A DNA stretch of 63,840 nt, filler included, from Octopus bimaculoides (taxonomy: Eukaryota), in NCBI RefSeq assembly GCF_001194135.2. It is 6 parts of 5 records of this genome, joined end to end, with 100 filler letters (N's around TTAATTAATTAA, not from the genome) between each part and the next. Parts side by side here need not be neighbours in the genome. Positions count along the whole stretch, not along the records: positions 1 to 20,780 come from NC_069001.1; 5 more parts are not named here. The stretch is one strand, 5' to 3'. Made by a program: the position numbers and the translations under genes. Below are positions 1-14,303 of this stretch, one piece after another. Below the pieces are notes generated by a model that saw only the letters and a list, made by a program, of their open reading frames with translations, was not told where the DNA came from and did no database searches. Each line of letters opens with the position of its first letter. The stretch's first letter is position 1.

Positions 1-850
<850 letters not shown>

Positions 851-853
851 ATA

Positions 854-1066
854 AAGGCTGTGAGCTGGCAGAATCGTTAGCTTGCCGGGCAAATGCTTAG
901 CGGCATTTCTCTCGTCTTTACGTTCTGAGTTCAAATTCCACTGAGGTTGACTTTGCCTGTCATCTTTTCGGGGTCAGTAAAATTGTGTGCTAGTTAAAAA
1001 TTGGGCTCTGTTTAATCAATCAAATTTCCCCTCCTTAAATTTTGTCTTTTACCGAAAATTGAAAGA
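854..1066 (+). mobile_element. SINE family A (tRNA-like head; central domain resembling the Meta-SINE type)
   Basis: Head 'aaggctgtgagctggcagaatcgttagc', B-box-like 'gagttcaaattcc' and core 'gttgactttgcctgtcatcttttcggggtc'. At least 9 related copies in the window. The Meta-domain resemblance is from recall and needs a Repbase/Dfam check. Confidence 0.85.
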
Positions 1067-1259
1067 GTTATTAGCGTTATTATTCTACTTGTTGCAGCGA
1101 AACTTTTGATAATTTTATGTAATCTAGATAGGTAGTTTCAGATTTAGATCCGCTGCACTGCATATTAATGTATCGATTTGAATAAAACCCCTTGTGGCGA
1201 TAAAATGTGTAAAAGAATGGCCGCTTGAGGATTTTGTTCTGTCTGTTCATGCGTTGTAG

Positions 1260-1598
1260 ATTTAAATCTCTCACCCTGTTTAACAACTAATCCTTATGCT
1301 CTCTAGTTAAGAGATTAGAAGAATTATGTACATTATTTACATGATTTACATGATTTACATTTGACGGATATTTGTCCTCATCTTGTTTGTTGTTCACACA
1401 ACGCTTCGACTGATATACCACCTCCCCCTGTGGGATGAAGTTAAAATAATAGACAGAGAACACCACTGGAAAATACGAAAACTAAAAGAAGCAGCACATA
1501 TGCTAGGACACAACAACCTCCTAAGCAGACCGAGTGTAGATATGAGTAGCATATGGGAACCGGTCTTAAGGAAGGATAGGAAAATATTAGATTTATAA
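1260..1598 (+). mobile_element. Penelope-like element 3' fragment: GIY-YIG C-terminus (1419-1598, +) preceded by an oppositely oriented pLTR-like piece (about 1260-1418)
   Basis: Peptide HLPLWDEVKIIDREHHWKIRKLKEAAHMLGHNNLLSRPSVDMSSIWEPVL matches the typical PLE endonuclease C-terminus (W..VKI+DRE..W..R..KEA). Upstream 'acaacgcttcgactgatatac' looks like the reverse complement of a decayed hammerhead 3' half. Confidence 0.75.
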
Positions 1599-1625
1599 TC
1601 CCTAAAATTCACTCACTAATTGCCC

Positions 1626-1659
1626 ACAGGCATATGGCGTAGTGGTTAAGAGAGCGGGC

Positions 1660-1695
<36 letters not shown>

Positions 1696-1700
1696 TAATA
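1626..1700 (+). mobile_element. Truncated tRNA-derived SINE head followed by (AAT)n
   Basis: A-box-like TGGCGTAGTGG at 1635-1645 in 'ggcatatggcgtagtggttaagagagcgggcta'; no B box present. Confidence 0.5.
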
Positions 1701-1809
1701 ATATAGGTATAGAGAAGAGTTCTTTACTTGTAAACGATTGATACAATCCATCACCAAGGCAAACTTAATGACGAAAAGCGCGATTCGAAAGTAACATATT
1801 TATTTGTAG

Positions 1810-1852
1810 TTGAACTATATTTCGGCATCTCGTGCGCCTTCCACAGGTTCAA
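1810..1852 (-). ncRNA. Minimal type I hammerhead ribozyme motif with a core substitution (CUGUGGA)
   Basis: Minus strand: UUGAAC-CUGUGGA-A-GGCG-CACGAGA-UGCC-GAA-AUAU-A^GUUCAA. Stem I is 6 perfect bp, stem II 4 bp, stem III the palindrome AUAU. A6 is changed to U, so probably inactive. Confidence 0.65.
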
Positions 1853-2073
1853 AATAAACATGTCACTCTAATTCATTTTTTAAGTTTATATAGGACTGAA
1901 GTAACTCAACAGAAGTTATATAGATATAGGTATAGAGAAGAGTTCTTTACTTGTAAACGATTATATAATACATACATACATACATACAGATAGACAAACA
2001 GACACACAGACATACATACGTACTTAGATACATACATTCACATACATATACATACACACACACGCACACACAC

Positions 2074-2222
2074 ACGACGGGTCTCTGTTAATTTCCGTCT
2101 ACCCTATCCACTCACAAGGTTTTGGTCAGCCAAAAGCATTAGTAGAAGACACTTGCTCAATGTGTCATGCAGTGGGACTGAACCCGGAACCATGTGGTTC
2201 GAAAGCAAGCTTCTTACCACAC
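2074..2222 (-). mobile_element. SINE family C (tRNA head, 'agtgtcttctacta' core, 'ggtagacggaaa' tail)
   Basis: Reverse complement contains 'ggttccgggttcagtcccactgc' and 'gagtggatagggtagacggaaa'; homologous to the copies at 31184, 40780, 47106, 48300, 50080, 51058 and 62310. Confidence 0.85.
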
Positions 2223-2639
2223 TTATGTATGTATGTATGAAGCTAAAACAGACTTCTCTTTCGATAAAACTGAAGACAATATATGTTTTCGGCAACAGAT
2301 TGGTTTTTTTTCTCTTTTAAATTCTCATACCGAATAAAAATGAAGAAAAAAGAAAATAGTGAAAGAAATTAAGAAACAAAATGGTAAAACGTAACGATAG
2401 AAGGAAATAAAAAAGGCCGAGGAAGAAAAGACGAATGAAACAATAGGAAGTTTTTAGTTGTGTCTATTGTTTATGAGAAGAAAGAACCTCCTCCTTAGTT
2501 CTCACCCCACTCCTCGTACGCACACACCACACCTATTGTTGGAAAGTACATTAACACAAGAACCAACGAAATCCTCTAAGTTGACATTTCCAAATGCAAT
2601 GTCTTCATTAAACTAATCGTTACATTACTCATTGACACA

Positions 2640-2685
<46 letters not shown>

Positions 2686-3099
2686 CACACGCACGCAAGT
2701 ACACACCGACACACAAACATGCACACTCACACGCAAACACACATATTCATGCACATATACATGCATGCTTAACAGATGAACGCATACAACTTGATTAGCT
2801 CACACAAAAAAAGCCAAAATATATTCAATTAAGCAGTCATTTGTGTGTGTCCCTGTATGTGTATGTGCGTATGTGAGCGTGTATACGAGTTTGTGTATAC
2901 ACATATATATGTATTTGTATATGCACATAAATATGTATGCATATATATATTTACATAAATATACATATATATATAAACATACATATACATATATACACAT
3001 GTATTTATATCTATGTATATTTATACATATGCATACGTATGTGTATATGTAAATAAATATATATATATATATGTACTTATGTATGTAAATACATGCATG

Positions 3100-3208
<109 letters not shown>

Positions 3209-3230
3209 TTATGTATGTAAATACATGCAT

Positions 3231-3263
<33 letters not shown>

Positions 3264-3433
3264 CATGTACATGATGGTGGTACTGGATGTTGGTACTGGA
3301 TCTGCGTCGTGCGACGATGAGGATTCTCTTGTGTGATCAGCTGAATATATTTTCACACAAAGTATTCAACGTAGACTTTGTATTACAAGTATAATCCGCT
3401 CGAAAGGCGTGTCTACAGTATCTTATTTCTATA

Positions 3434-3658
3434 TTGCCCACGAGGGGCTAAACATAGAGGGGACAAACAAGGAAAGACAAAGGGATTAAGTCGATTACAT
3501 TGACCCCAGTGAGTAACTGGTACTTAATTTATCGACTCCGAAAAGATGAAAGGCAAAGTCGACCTCGGTGGAATTTGAACTCAGAACGTAACGGCAGACG
3601 AAATACCACTAAGCATTTCGCCCGGCGTGCTAACGTTTCTGCCAGCTCGCCGCCTTCA
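3434..3658 (-). mobile_element. SINE family A, near full length
   Basis: 'gaaaggcaaagtcgacctcggtggaatttgaactcagaacg...ctgccagctcgccgcctt'; near-identical to 23135-23357. Confidence 0.9.
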
Positions 3659-4649
3659 GCTCGCTTGTTTACAGTTTCCGTCAACCTAATTTCGCTCACA
3701 GAGTATGGGTTGACTAGAGCTCATAGAAAATGACATTTACCCAAGATACCATGTTGTGAGATTTTGTTCAAAGATTACGCACGTAAGCAAGGGAGTTTTA
3801 ACAGGACTGCCTGTATATTAAACAGCGGTGGCCGATCTTGTAGAATTTGCACGATTTGTACCTTTTTTTCCAAAGAAAGTGCTTTTCCATCGCCTGTACA
3901 CTCTCATCAGTGTCGCGTGATGAATTTCTTAGGAAGCCCCACAGAAAAAAATACAAATAAACTAAAATGCACGGAAAGGTATCATCAACGGAATGCATAG
4001 CTATGAAATCGTCAACGGGGTAAACTTGACGTGTGCAAGATGCGACGAAATATTTCGATTTCTTGTGTGTTTTTGAGAAAGAGGAGAGCGGCAACTGTGG
4101 GTGAACCGGAAGTGAGATAAGCGCCATATTTCAAAAAGATTCACGCTGAATATTTCGAAAGTATTTAAAGAAAAATATGGCAAAGAATATGAAAAAAATT
4201 AAGAGTGGATCGAGGACTATATTATTGGGGTACATCAAGTAGTATTGTGGTAGACTGGTAAGATATAGAAGGTAGGTAGGTGGGTGGTTATGCTTGGGGG
4301 AGGGAAGGAAAGATGAAAGGCTGTCGGACTAGCATGTAACTCCTGTTGACAGCAATGACGGACAAATATGTAAACAACGTTCATATATTTGTCCTGGATG
4401 ACTTGTTGTGTCACTCTCTCGAAATAATGTGCATGTGTGTGTGTGTGTGTGTGTGTGTGTTTGTGTGTGTGTGTGCATGCATATATATATATTTGTATAC
4501 AAACGCACACGTATGCATATATGTACGTGTGTCTGTATCTGTTTTTACGTACAGACATATTCATGTACGCACAGAGAACGAGGAAGATATTGAAATAGAT
4601 AAAGATATATATNNNNNNNNNNNNNNNNNNNNNNNNNNNNNNNNNNNNN

Positions 4650-4695
<46 letters not shown>

Positions 4696-5101
4696 TCAAA
4701 ACGTGTACGTGTGCTTATGTCTATAAATTTCTGTGTTTAGAATATTCGTATATATACATACATGCATACATACATACATACATACATACATACATACATA
4801 CATACTTACATGCACACACGCGCACACACACATATACTCATACATAGGTATGTACTTGTATATATCTTTACATGTATATAAACTTATACATGTATTTTTA
4901 CATATATGAGCCTTTGTCCGATAGCTTTGGTGGCCCAAACTAACTTCGAAGTCACTGTCAACAACATTCTTGCTTAAGAATAATAATTTTTTTACTCTAC
5001 AAAAGTATAGAGTAACACATCAGATTATTGCAAAATTATTTTTTACCTAATGAATCAGTTGTGAAATATGCACACAAGCACACACATATGTATATACGAG
5101 T

Positions 5102-5173
<72 letters not shown>

Positions 5174-6550
5174 GTATATGTGCATGTGTATGCAAATACA
5201 TGTGTTGGGAGTGTGGGACCTACGACCTTGAAAGGCCTCCCAGTTTGACACGTACACTACATGACTGTCAGCTAAGAAAATATGAGCTGAAACATACCAA
5301 AATATGACGGATGTATAAACTAACACCCACCTACAGACCCACAAATATTTCTACTAGCGCCCTCTCCTGTTGTTGCTTTTGCTTTGGGTACATTTATAAA
5401 CATTCTTATATTCATATATATATATATATGTATACGTGTGTATATACATACATATATGTNNNNNNNNNNNNNNNNNNNNNNNNNNNNNNNNNNNNNNNNN
5501 NNNNNNNNNNNNNNNNNNNNNNNNNNNNNNNNNNNNNNNNNNNNNNNNNNNNNNNNNNNNNNNNNNNNNNNNNNNNNNNNNNNNNNNNNNNNNNNNNNNN
5601 NNNNNNNNNNNNNNNNNNNNNNNNNNNNNNNNNNNNNNNNNNNNNNNNNNNNNNNNNNNNNNNNNNNNNNNNNNNNNNNNNNNNNNNNNNNNNNNNNNNN
5701 NNNNNNNNNNNNNNNNNNNNNNNNNNNNNNNNNNNNNNNNNNNNNNNNNNNNNNNNNNNNNNNNNNNNNNNNNNNNNNNNNNNNNNNNNNNNNNNNNTAT
5801 ATATATGTATATATATATATATTCGCATACATGCATATATAGATATATGTATATTTGTGATATATGTATATATGTACATATATATTTGTATATGTAGGAT
5901 ATATATATAACTATGTATGTATATATATATGTGTGTATGCGTGTGTAGAGAGAGAGAGAAAGAGAGGGAGGGGGGAGTTAGAGGGATCTAATGGATACAA
6001 ATTAATTTATATTCCGAAAGTATACCAATGTAATCCATATTGTTCGCCGAAAACCCTGACGATTTCCCTTATAAGGTATTTAAGATGCAAAAATATATTT
6101 TTAAAAACGCTTTGTAATTTTAATCATATTTCAGAAATGAAAGAATGGTTGGTTAATATGTTGATTAATTAATTAATTCGTATCCATTAGACCTCTCTGT
6201 TTTCTAACCCAATGAAAATGTCTGATACCTTACAGTATGCTATATAATATATTCATTAAAGGATTTTCTCTTCAAAATTTAATATATTAAACCAGTGTAT
6301 CTTGAAATATTATCCTTATAAGAGGTTTGAATATCTTCAGTATGATTATATATATATACTGTAAATTAGTATATATATGAATATATATGAATATATATGA
6401 ATATATATGTGTATGTATATATGTATATCCATCATGTTTATATGTTTGTATTGTGTATGTATGTTTACATGTATATATGTACGCATGCATGTACGTATGT
6501 ATGTGTGCATAAGTATGTAAATGTGTGCGTATGCGTGCGCGCGTGTGTGC

Positions 6551-6589
<39 letters not shown>

Positions 6590-6689
6590 TGTGTGTGTGT
6601 GTGTGTAAAATGAGTATACTCTGTACGGTTTCTACTCGTGAAACCACGCAGATATTGCGGTACTATACCTGGGTTTTGAAGTAGCTGTT

Positions 6690-7745
6690 TGATCATTGAA
6701 ATATCGATGTGATATATGTTGACTCCGCTTATACTTTTCATTAGTTGCATCATGACATGATATGCCCCAAGGTGCAAGATCTTGGCAGAGCTAGTAAATT
6801 AGGAGTGACTACATGACTTCACAAAAGATTAACTCAGGCGGTAACAGCCATCTTTGGGGACAAGGGAATCACAAATTGAATCACAGTTCTCTGGAGACTC
6901 CAGGGAACTGTCCTGGGACCATTACAGTTTATTGTAGATCTCTTAATATACCAATGGTCACTTAATCAGCAGCTGTTATTAGCTCGCAACAACGATGCAA
7001 AATTATCATAGACAATAAAAAACGCTGATGAGCTCAGAAGATGCTGATGAGACCTAAATGTAATGTACGAGTGGGTTGAAGAAAGCAACATGCCGTTTCA
7101 TGGTAGAAAATTTCAAACACAGTACTGTCAGGCGCCAAATGCATCACAGCCTACGTGTTCAGGACTTGAAGGCTCTGCAACCCCAGATTCACAAACAGTG
7201 AAAGACTCAGGGATCAGAGCGTGTAATTATGCTTCATTTTATTTACATCAAAATACAGACAAATGGCAGGAAGGTCACTAAGCTTCTTCAGGACAACGAA
7301 ACCGAATGTCATGTTGAGGAAGACCTTTGTTCTCAGCCCCAGGATTATTGCACTCAGCTGTGGTCACCTCGTTGTAACAAACTAATGGTAGCGCTTGGAG
7401 TGATCCAATGCTGCTATTCTAAAGCGGTGGTAGATGAACTGCTGGTAGATGAACTGCTGGTAGAGGCTGAAAAAATTACGACTTTACTCTCAGGAGTGAG
7501 TGTGTTTGAGATATATAATAATTTACATGTAGAAAATTCTAGAGGGACTAGTACCTGACTTCGACATGAAGAGTTGTAGAAATGCCTCGACTATGTACTG
7601 CAGTAGCTTGGGGGTTCAAACTCCCTGAGCTTTACAATGATCTGTCAAAAGAATTAAGAGACCTACACAATATTGTTGAGAATATTTTCAAAAAGGAACT
7701 GGACATTCTCCTGTCCACGATAACAGATGAACCAACGACTCTGTG
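6690..7745 (+). mobile_element. 5'-truncated, degraded CR1/L2-type LINE (RT domain to ORF2 end)
   Basis: Frameshifted peptides NIDVIYVDSA (for DVIYLDFAKAFD), SGDSQGTVLGPLQFIV at 6890-6937 (for SGVPQGTVLGPLLF), DLNVMYEWVEESNMPFHGRKFQ, and terminal KKELDILLSTITDEPT. Confidence 0.85.
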
Positions 7746-7747
7746 TT

Positions 7748-7892
7748 CTACGTCCCCGTAACTTAGCGGTTCGGCAAAAGGCTTGCAAAGAATAAGTCCT
7801 GGGGTCGATTGGCTCGACTAAAGGCGGTGCTCCAGCATAACCGCAGTCAAATGACTGAAACAAGTAAAAGAGTAACAGAGAGTAAAGAGTAA
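7748..7892 (+). mobile_element. 3' half ('B' segment) of the compound SINE family C
   Basis: 'acgtccccgtaacttagcggttcggcaaaag...ggcggtgctccagcat...gactgaaacaagtaaaagagtaa'; matches the reverse complements of 32741-32987 and 48080-48250. Confidence 0.85.
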
Positions 7893-8419
7893 ATATATAT
7901 ATGTGTGTATATATATACATACATATATATATATATGAATATATGCAGTTTATTACACACATATACACNNNNNNNNNNNNNNNNNNNNNNNNNNNNNNNN
8001 NNNNNNNNNNNNNNNNNNNNNNNNNNNNNNNNNNNNNNNNNNNNNNNNNNNNNNNNNNNNNNNNNNNNNNNNNNNNNNNNNNNNNNNNNNNNNNNNNNNN
8101 NNNNNNNNNNNNNNNNNNNNNNNNNNNNNNNNNNNNNNNNNNNNNNNNNNNNNNNNNNNNNNNNNNNNNNNNNNNNNNNNNNNNNNNNNNNNNNNNNNNN
8201 NNNNNNNNNNNNNNNNNNNNNNNNNNNNNNNNNNNNNNNNNNNNNNNNNNNNNNNNNNNNNNNNNNNNNNNNNNNNNNNNNNNNNNNNNNNNNNNNNNNN
8301 NNNNNNNNNNNNNNNNNNNNNNNNNNNNNNNNNNNNNNNNNNNNNNNNNNNNNNNNNNNNNNNNNNNNNNNNNNNNNNNNNNNNNNNNNNNNNNNNNNNN
8401 NNNNNNNNNNNNNNNNNNN

Positions 8420-8451
<32 letters not shown>

Positions 8452-8494
8452 CATATATATACATATATATATACATATATATATATACATATAC

Positions 8495-8526
<32 letters not shown>

Positions 8527-10199
8527 GTACATATATATATGCAGATATATATATATACATACATATATATATATATGAATATATGCAGTTTATTACACAC
8601 ATATACACGCACGCACACACATGCACACACACACACACACACACGCACTCACATACACTCACACATACATATATAAACTAAATATAAACAAACATTCACG
8701 TAGGCGAGTTTATTTGTCTTGGATTTGTGTATATAACTTTACTTGCCTGATAAAATCATTCATAAACACACTAACGCGCATGTATATACATACATATATA
8801 AATATATATATATATATANNNNNNNNNNNNNNNNNNNNNNNNNNNNNNNNNNNNNNNNNNNNNNNNNNNNNNNNNNNNNNNNNNNNNNNNNNNNNNNNNN
8901 NNNNNNNNNNNNNNNNNNNNNNNNNNNNNNNNNNNNNNNNNNNNNNNNNNNNNNNNNNNNNNNNNNNNNNNNNNNNNNNNNNNNNNNNNNNNNNNNNNNN
9001 NNNNNNNNNNNNNNNNNNNNNNNNNNNNNNNNNNNNNNNNNNNNNNNNNNNNNNNNNNNNNNNNNNNNNNNNNNNNNNNNNNNNNNNNNNNNNNNNNNNN
9101 NNNNNNNNNNNNNNNNNNNNNNNNNNNNNNNNNNNNNNNNNNNNNNNNNNNNNNNNNNNNNNNNNNNNNNNNNNNNNNNNNNNNNNNNNNNNNNNNNNNN
9201 NNNNNNNNNNNNNNNNNNNNNNNNNNNNNNNNNNNNNNNNNNNNNNNNNNNNNNNNNNNNNNNNNNNNNNNNNNNNNNNNNNNNNNNNNNNNNNNNNNNN
9301 NNNNNNNNNNNNNNNNNNNNNNNNNNNNNNNNNNNNNNNNNNNNNNNNNNNNNNNNNNNNNNNNNNNNNNNNNNNNNNNNNNNNNNNNNNNNNNNNNNNN
9401 NNNNNNNNNNNNNNNNNNNNNNNNNNNNNNNNNNNNNNNNNNNNNNNNNNNNNNNNNNNNNNNNNNNNNNNNNNNNNNNNNNNNNNNNNNNNNNNNNNNN
9501 NNNNNNNNNNNNNNNNNNNNNNNNNNNNNNNNNNNNNNNNNNNNNNNNNNNNNNNNNNNNNNNNNNNNNNNNNNNNNNNNNNNNNNNNNNNNNNNNNNNN
9601 NNNNNNNNNNNNNNNNNNNNNNNNNNNNNNNNNNNNNNNNNNNNNNNNNNNNNNNNNNNNNNNNNNNNNNNNNNNNNNNNNNNNNNNNNNNNNNNNNNNN
9701 NNNNNNNNNNNNNNNNNNNNNNNNNNNNNNNNNNNNNNNNNNNNNNNNNNNNNNNNNNNNNNNNNNNNNNNNNNNNNNNNNNNNNNNNNNNNNATATAGG
9801 AAGAATTCAGAAAAAAAAGACGAAGACAGGTGATGTAGAAAACAAACAGATGTATTAGTATAACGCTCGGGAATTGAAAAAGTTTTTAACGTTTCGAGCC
9901 TGCGCTCTTCCACAGAAAGGAACACAGAAAGAAACAAGGAGATAGAAAAAATGTGTGCAGTGGTTAGCGATCTATCACTGCGAAAATGTATATATAAAGA
10001 GAGTGAGAGAAGGTGAGTGACAGAGAGGGAGAGAGAAAGCGAGAGAGAGACGCGGATAGAGTCAGAGACATGATAAAAAAAACGACAGAGAATTGAAATT
10101 ATAAACAAAGATCATTGTGACAGGAACCTTCTGTATAACGCACATATAAATATGTAAACATGAGTCGTAAGGTTGGAGGAGAATGAAGGACAGGAGAAG

Positions 10200-10560
10200 T
10201 AGAAACGTTCCTATAAATCTGAGAAAAAGAATGTTTTCCCGGTAAATCTAAAGAATTCTTATTTGTATTCTCTGAAGACTGTGATGTTCTGAAAGGTGTT
10301 TAATGGAGAATTCAGGTGTATTGAAATATTGGACCAACAGTTTTCTGAAAGTGTGTATAGACAACCCAAATGATGTGTGCGTGGAAGTGATTGCCCAGTT
10401 CATGACCTGTTTCACTTAGCTTCTACGGAACTCCAATGTTTGCTTGTGTTGGCTGATGCGCATTGAAAAACGCTTTTGATTGATTGGGTATTTTGATTCA
10501 AAGCTGGTTATTATTAATGTAGAGTGACGTGTGGAATATATGGAGAGAACGTTTGAAAAA
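10200..10560 (-). pseudogene. Highly decayed PLE GIY-YIG endonuclease relic
   Basis: Minus-strand peptides QSIKSVFQCASAN (for IK..FTCTSSN) and SETGHELGNHFHAHI (for YIGETGR.LGDRF.EHL). Confidence 0.45.
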
Positions 10561-10675
10561 CTAACTGAATGTAAACCCAGGAGCTAGGAAACTTGTGACT
10601 AAAGAAGTTGAGGAAATTTTCTTCATTTTTGCCGGATACAGATAGTAACCGCAATAGTAAATCTTTATGGATAAG

Positions 10676-11024
10676 ATGGCAATCTGCCAAAATCGTCAGT
10701 ATTTTGTCTGTCTTTACGATCTGAGTTCAAATCCTACTGACGTTGGCTTTTATCCTTTCGGGGTCGATAAAATAAGTACTAGTTGATCACTGTAGTCCAT
10801 GTAGTCGACTTCTTCACTCTCTCAAAAACGGACGATCTGGCAAAATCGTTACGTGTTGGGCGGAGTGCTTAGCAGCATTTGCGTTCTGTGTTCGAATTCT
10901 CCTGAAATCGACCCTACTTTTCATCATTTCGATGCTCGATAGAATAAGTAGCAGTTGAGCAATGAAGGTGATTTAATCGACTTAACCACTCCCCCGAAAT
11001 TGCTGGCCTTGTGCCAAAATTTCC
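10676..11024 (+). mobile_element. Two tandem degraded SINE family A copies (10676-10822 and 10830-11024)
   Basis: 'ctgagttcaaatcc...cctttcggggtcgataaaataagtact' followed by 'gttcgaattctcc...tcgatagaataagtagcagttgagc...ggccttgtgccaaaattt'. Confidence 0.8.
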
Positions 11025-11454
11025 ATAATAAATTACATCTTTACGATGGGAGAGACTATATACTAGATATTGCGGAGTGGAGTGTATGGGAAGGATAGAA
11101 GAGTGCAAGGTGATGGAGAGTGCGACTCGGTCTGGAGACGTGTGTATGAGATTAGAGGAACAGTTGTACCCAGGAATGATGGCCTAGATCTTCCGGGGTG
11201 CAGCTCTCACAACCGATCGATTCTACCCTCCATGAAAGAATTGTGATATTCTTTTAGTTATGGAGGTGGTGCCTAAGTATGTATGTATTATGTATGTATA
11301 ATTGCATGGATGGATGGATGTTTGTATGTATATTAGCTTATATGTAGATAATTATGTATATACGTGTGTATACATACACACGCACAGCAGCTCACACACA
11401 GATGCAAACGTGTAGATATGAATATGACAATGTTGTGTATACATACATATAAAT

Positions 11455-11556
<102 letters not shown>

Positions 11557-11748
11557 CATACATACATACATACATACATTTATAAGTCCATGTATGTATA
11601 TGTATAAACATGAATGCACATATATATTTGCATATCATATACACGCATGCTCACACGCTTATGGATACATACCTACATACACACATACATACACACACAC
11701 ATACATACATACATACATACATACATACATACATACATGCATTGATAC

Positions 11749-11779
<31 letters not shown>

Positions 11780-12197
11780 ACACAGATGTGTGAGTGCAAG
11801 AAAGAGAGAGACATGGAGAGAGAGAGAGAGATATGGAAAGAGAGAGAAGCATGGAGAAAGAGAGAAAGAGAAGTTGTGTGTGTATGTGTGTGCACGATAA
11901 AGAGTACCAGTACTGGTGCTAGGGGCCACGTTACATAAGTACTTTAGGACTGGAGATATACTTCCTCCTCATAATCTTGCGAAATCGTTCGTGTTCCCTC
12001 CCAATATTAATATCCATCGGATAAAAGTGATATATCACGATTATCAAATTAACAGAAATGCTTCCTGTTTCACCGGAAGCTATGGCGTAGAACAATGTCA
12101 GTCTATTGCATGCAGACGCGCATAAACACTTTCGCACACACATACATACAAACGTTTACAAGCACACACACACACACACATATATATATACACACAC

Positions 12198-12232
<35 letters not shown>

Positions 12233-12891
12233 CATATATATANNNNNNNNNNNNNNNNNNNNNNNNNNNNNNNNNNNNNNNNNNNNNNNNNNNNNNNNNN
12301 NNNNNNNNNNNNNNNNNNNNNNNNNNNNNNNNNNNNNNNNNNNNNNNNNNNNNNNNNNNNNNNNNNNNNNNNNNNNNNNNNNNNNNNNNNNNNNNNNNNN
12401 NNNNNNNNNNNNNNNNNNNNNNNNNNNNNNNNNNNNNNNNNNNNNNNNNNNNNNNNNNNNNNNNNNNNNNNNNNNNNNNNNNNNNNNNNNNNNNNNNNNN
12501 NNNNNNNNNNNNNNNNNNNNNNNNNNNNNNNNNNNNNNNNNNNNNNNNNNNNNNNNNNNNNNNNNNNNNNNNNNNNNNNNNNNNNNNNNNNNNNNNNNNN
12601 NNNNNNNNNNNNNNNNNNNNNNNNNNNNNNNNNNNNNNNNNNNNNNNNNNNNNNNNNNNNNNNNNNNNNNNNNNNNNNNNNNNNNNNNNNNNNNNNNNNN
12701 NNNNNNNNNNNNNNNNNNNNNNNNNNNNNNNNNNNNNNNNNNNNNNNNNNNNNNNNNNNNNNNNNNNNNNNNNNNNNNNNNNNNNNNNNNNNNNNNNNNN
12801 NNNNNNNNNNNNNNNNNNNNNNNNNNNNNNNNNNNNNNNNNNNNNNNNNNNNNNNNNNNNNNNNNNNNNNNNNNNNNNNNNNNNNNNNNNN

Positions 12892-12927
<36 letters not shown>

Positions 12928-13278
12928 TGTATGAGTGTGTGTGTAGATATATACATGCATATAAGGAGGGATGGATGGATATATAAGCATATGTATATAT
13001 ATATATATATACATACATACATACATACATATATATATATATATTTATAAATACATATTTGTGTGTGTGTGTATCTGTGTCTGTGTGCATGCGCGTGTGT
13101 GTGTGAGTGTGTTTGTACATGGATACATATAGACAAAAGCATGCACAGACGAATCTGCATCCAACCTTCTAATTACTGATGTCAACATGCAAACATATAC
13201 AAACATATGCACAATAAATGCACCCTTCTGTATACACCTGCGTATGTACATAAACGTACATTCATGTACACCTGCAAC

Positions 13279-13358
<80 letters not shown>

Positions 13359-14272
13359 GAGAGACAGAGACAAACAGACAGACAAACAGGCAGGTAGAAA
13401 GACAGACAGGCAGACAAATAAACAGACTGGAAAAGAATCACAAGTATTCATACATAGAACAACAGTCAGATCCGACTGGAGTAAACAAAACACACACACG
13501 CTCACCCACACAAGCCTGAATGCAGAAAACACGCATACATACATACATACATACATACATACATACATACATACATACATACGTAAATACATACATACAT
13601 ACATACATTCATATAACCAGATAGACAGATGGACATACATGCATGCAAACATACATGCATACATACATTCATAGATATGTACATACATACATACATACAT
13701 GCATAAAAACATGCATACATTCATATATCCAGACAGACAGATGGATATACATGCACACGAACATAGATATGTACATACATACGTATATACATACATACAT
13801 ACTCATATACATACACGTATAGACATACAAAGCTCACTTTCACGTACCAGTACAAATAAACACACAGTAATACAACCATGTATACTTAACTACACACATG
13901 ATCCACATGTGTATTTTTACATACATATGTATATACTCAGAGACATGCACGCATATATACATCTACATATTAATTCATATATACACATATATGTATGTGT
14001 GTGTTGCGTGTGTGTATAAATATTCATATACATGCACATATGTTCGACGTACATACACATACGCTAAGACGCAAATTTAGCCCTATATTGACTCACATAC
14101 AGCTGCATCCAACAGTATATATTTGTGTATGAAGAAAGAGAGAGAGATAGAGAGAGGGGGAGAGATGGAGAGAGAGAGAGAGAGAAATAAAGAGAAAGAG
14201 AGAAAGAAAGAGAGAGAGAAAGAGTAAGAGAGAGAGTGAGGAAGAGAGAAAGTGGCTTTAGTTCAACAACGG

Positions 14273-14303
14273 CTGATGAGGTGAATGGTTACAGAAACAT
14301 GTC
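14273..14303 (+). ncRNA. Hammerhead-like core with intact catalytic nucleotides but no cis stem I
   Basis: CUGAUGA-G-GUGA-AUGG-UUAC-A-GAA-ACAUGU-C. Stem II is 4 bp, stem III the palindrome ACAUGU, with a GUC triplet. The flanks (ACGG / GAUC) do not pair. Confidence 0.4.

Noticed and set aside
7025-7052. Two CTGATGA heptamers; similar isolated cores at 3904(-), 10272, 36914, 38008, 53433(-) and 59535(-)
   Set aside because: No properly spaced GAAA with stems I-III; several lie inside TE coding relics and are expected by chance.
7908-8608. About 60-bp sequence repeated on both sides of a gap (7908-7968 and 8548-8608)
   Set aside because: Most likely an unmerged contig overlap in low-complexity sequence; cannot be called a real duplication without reads.
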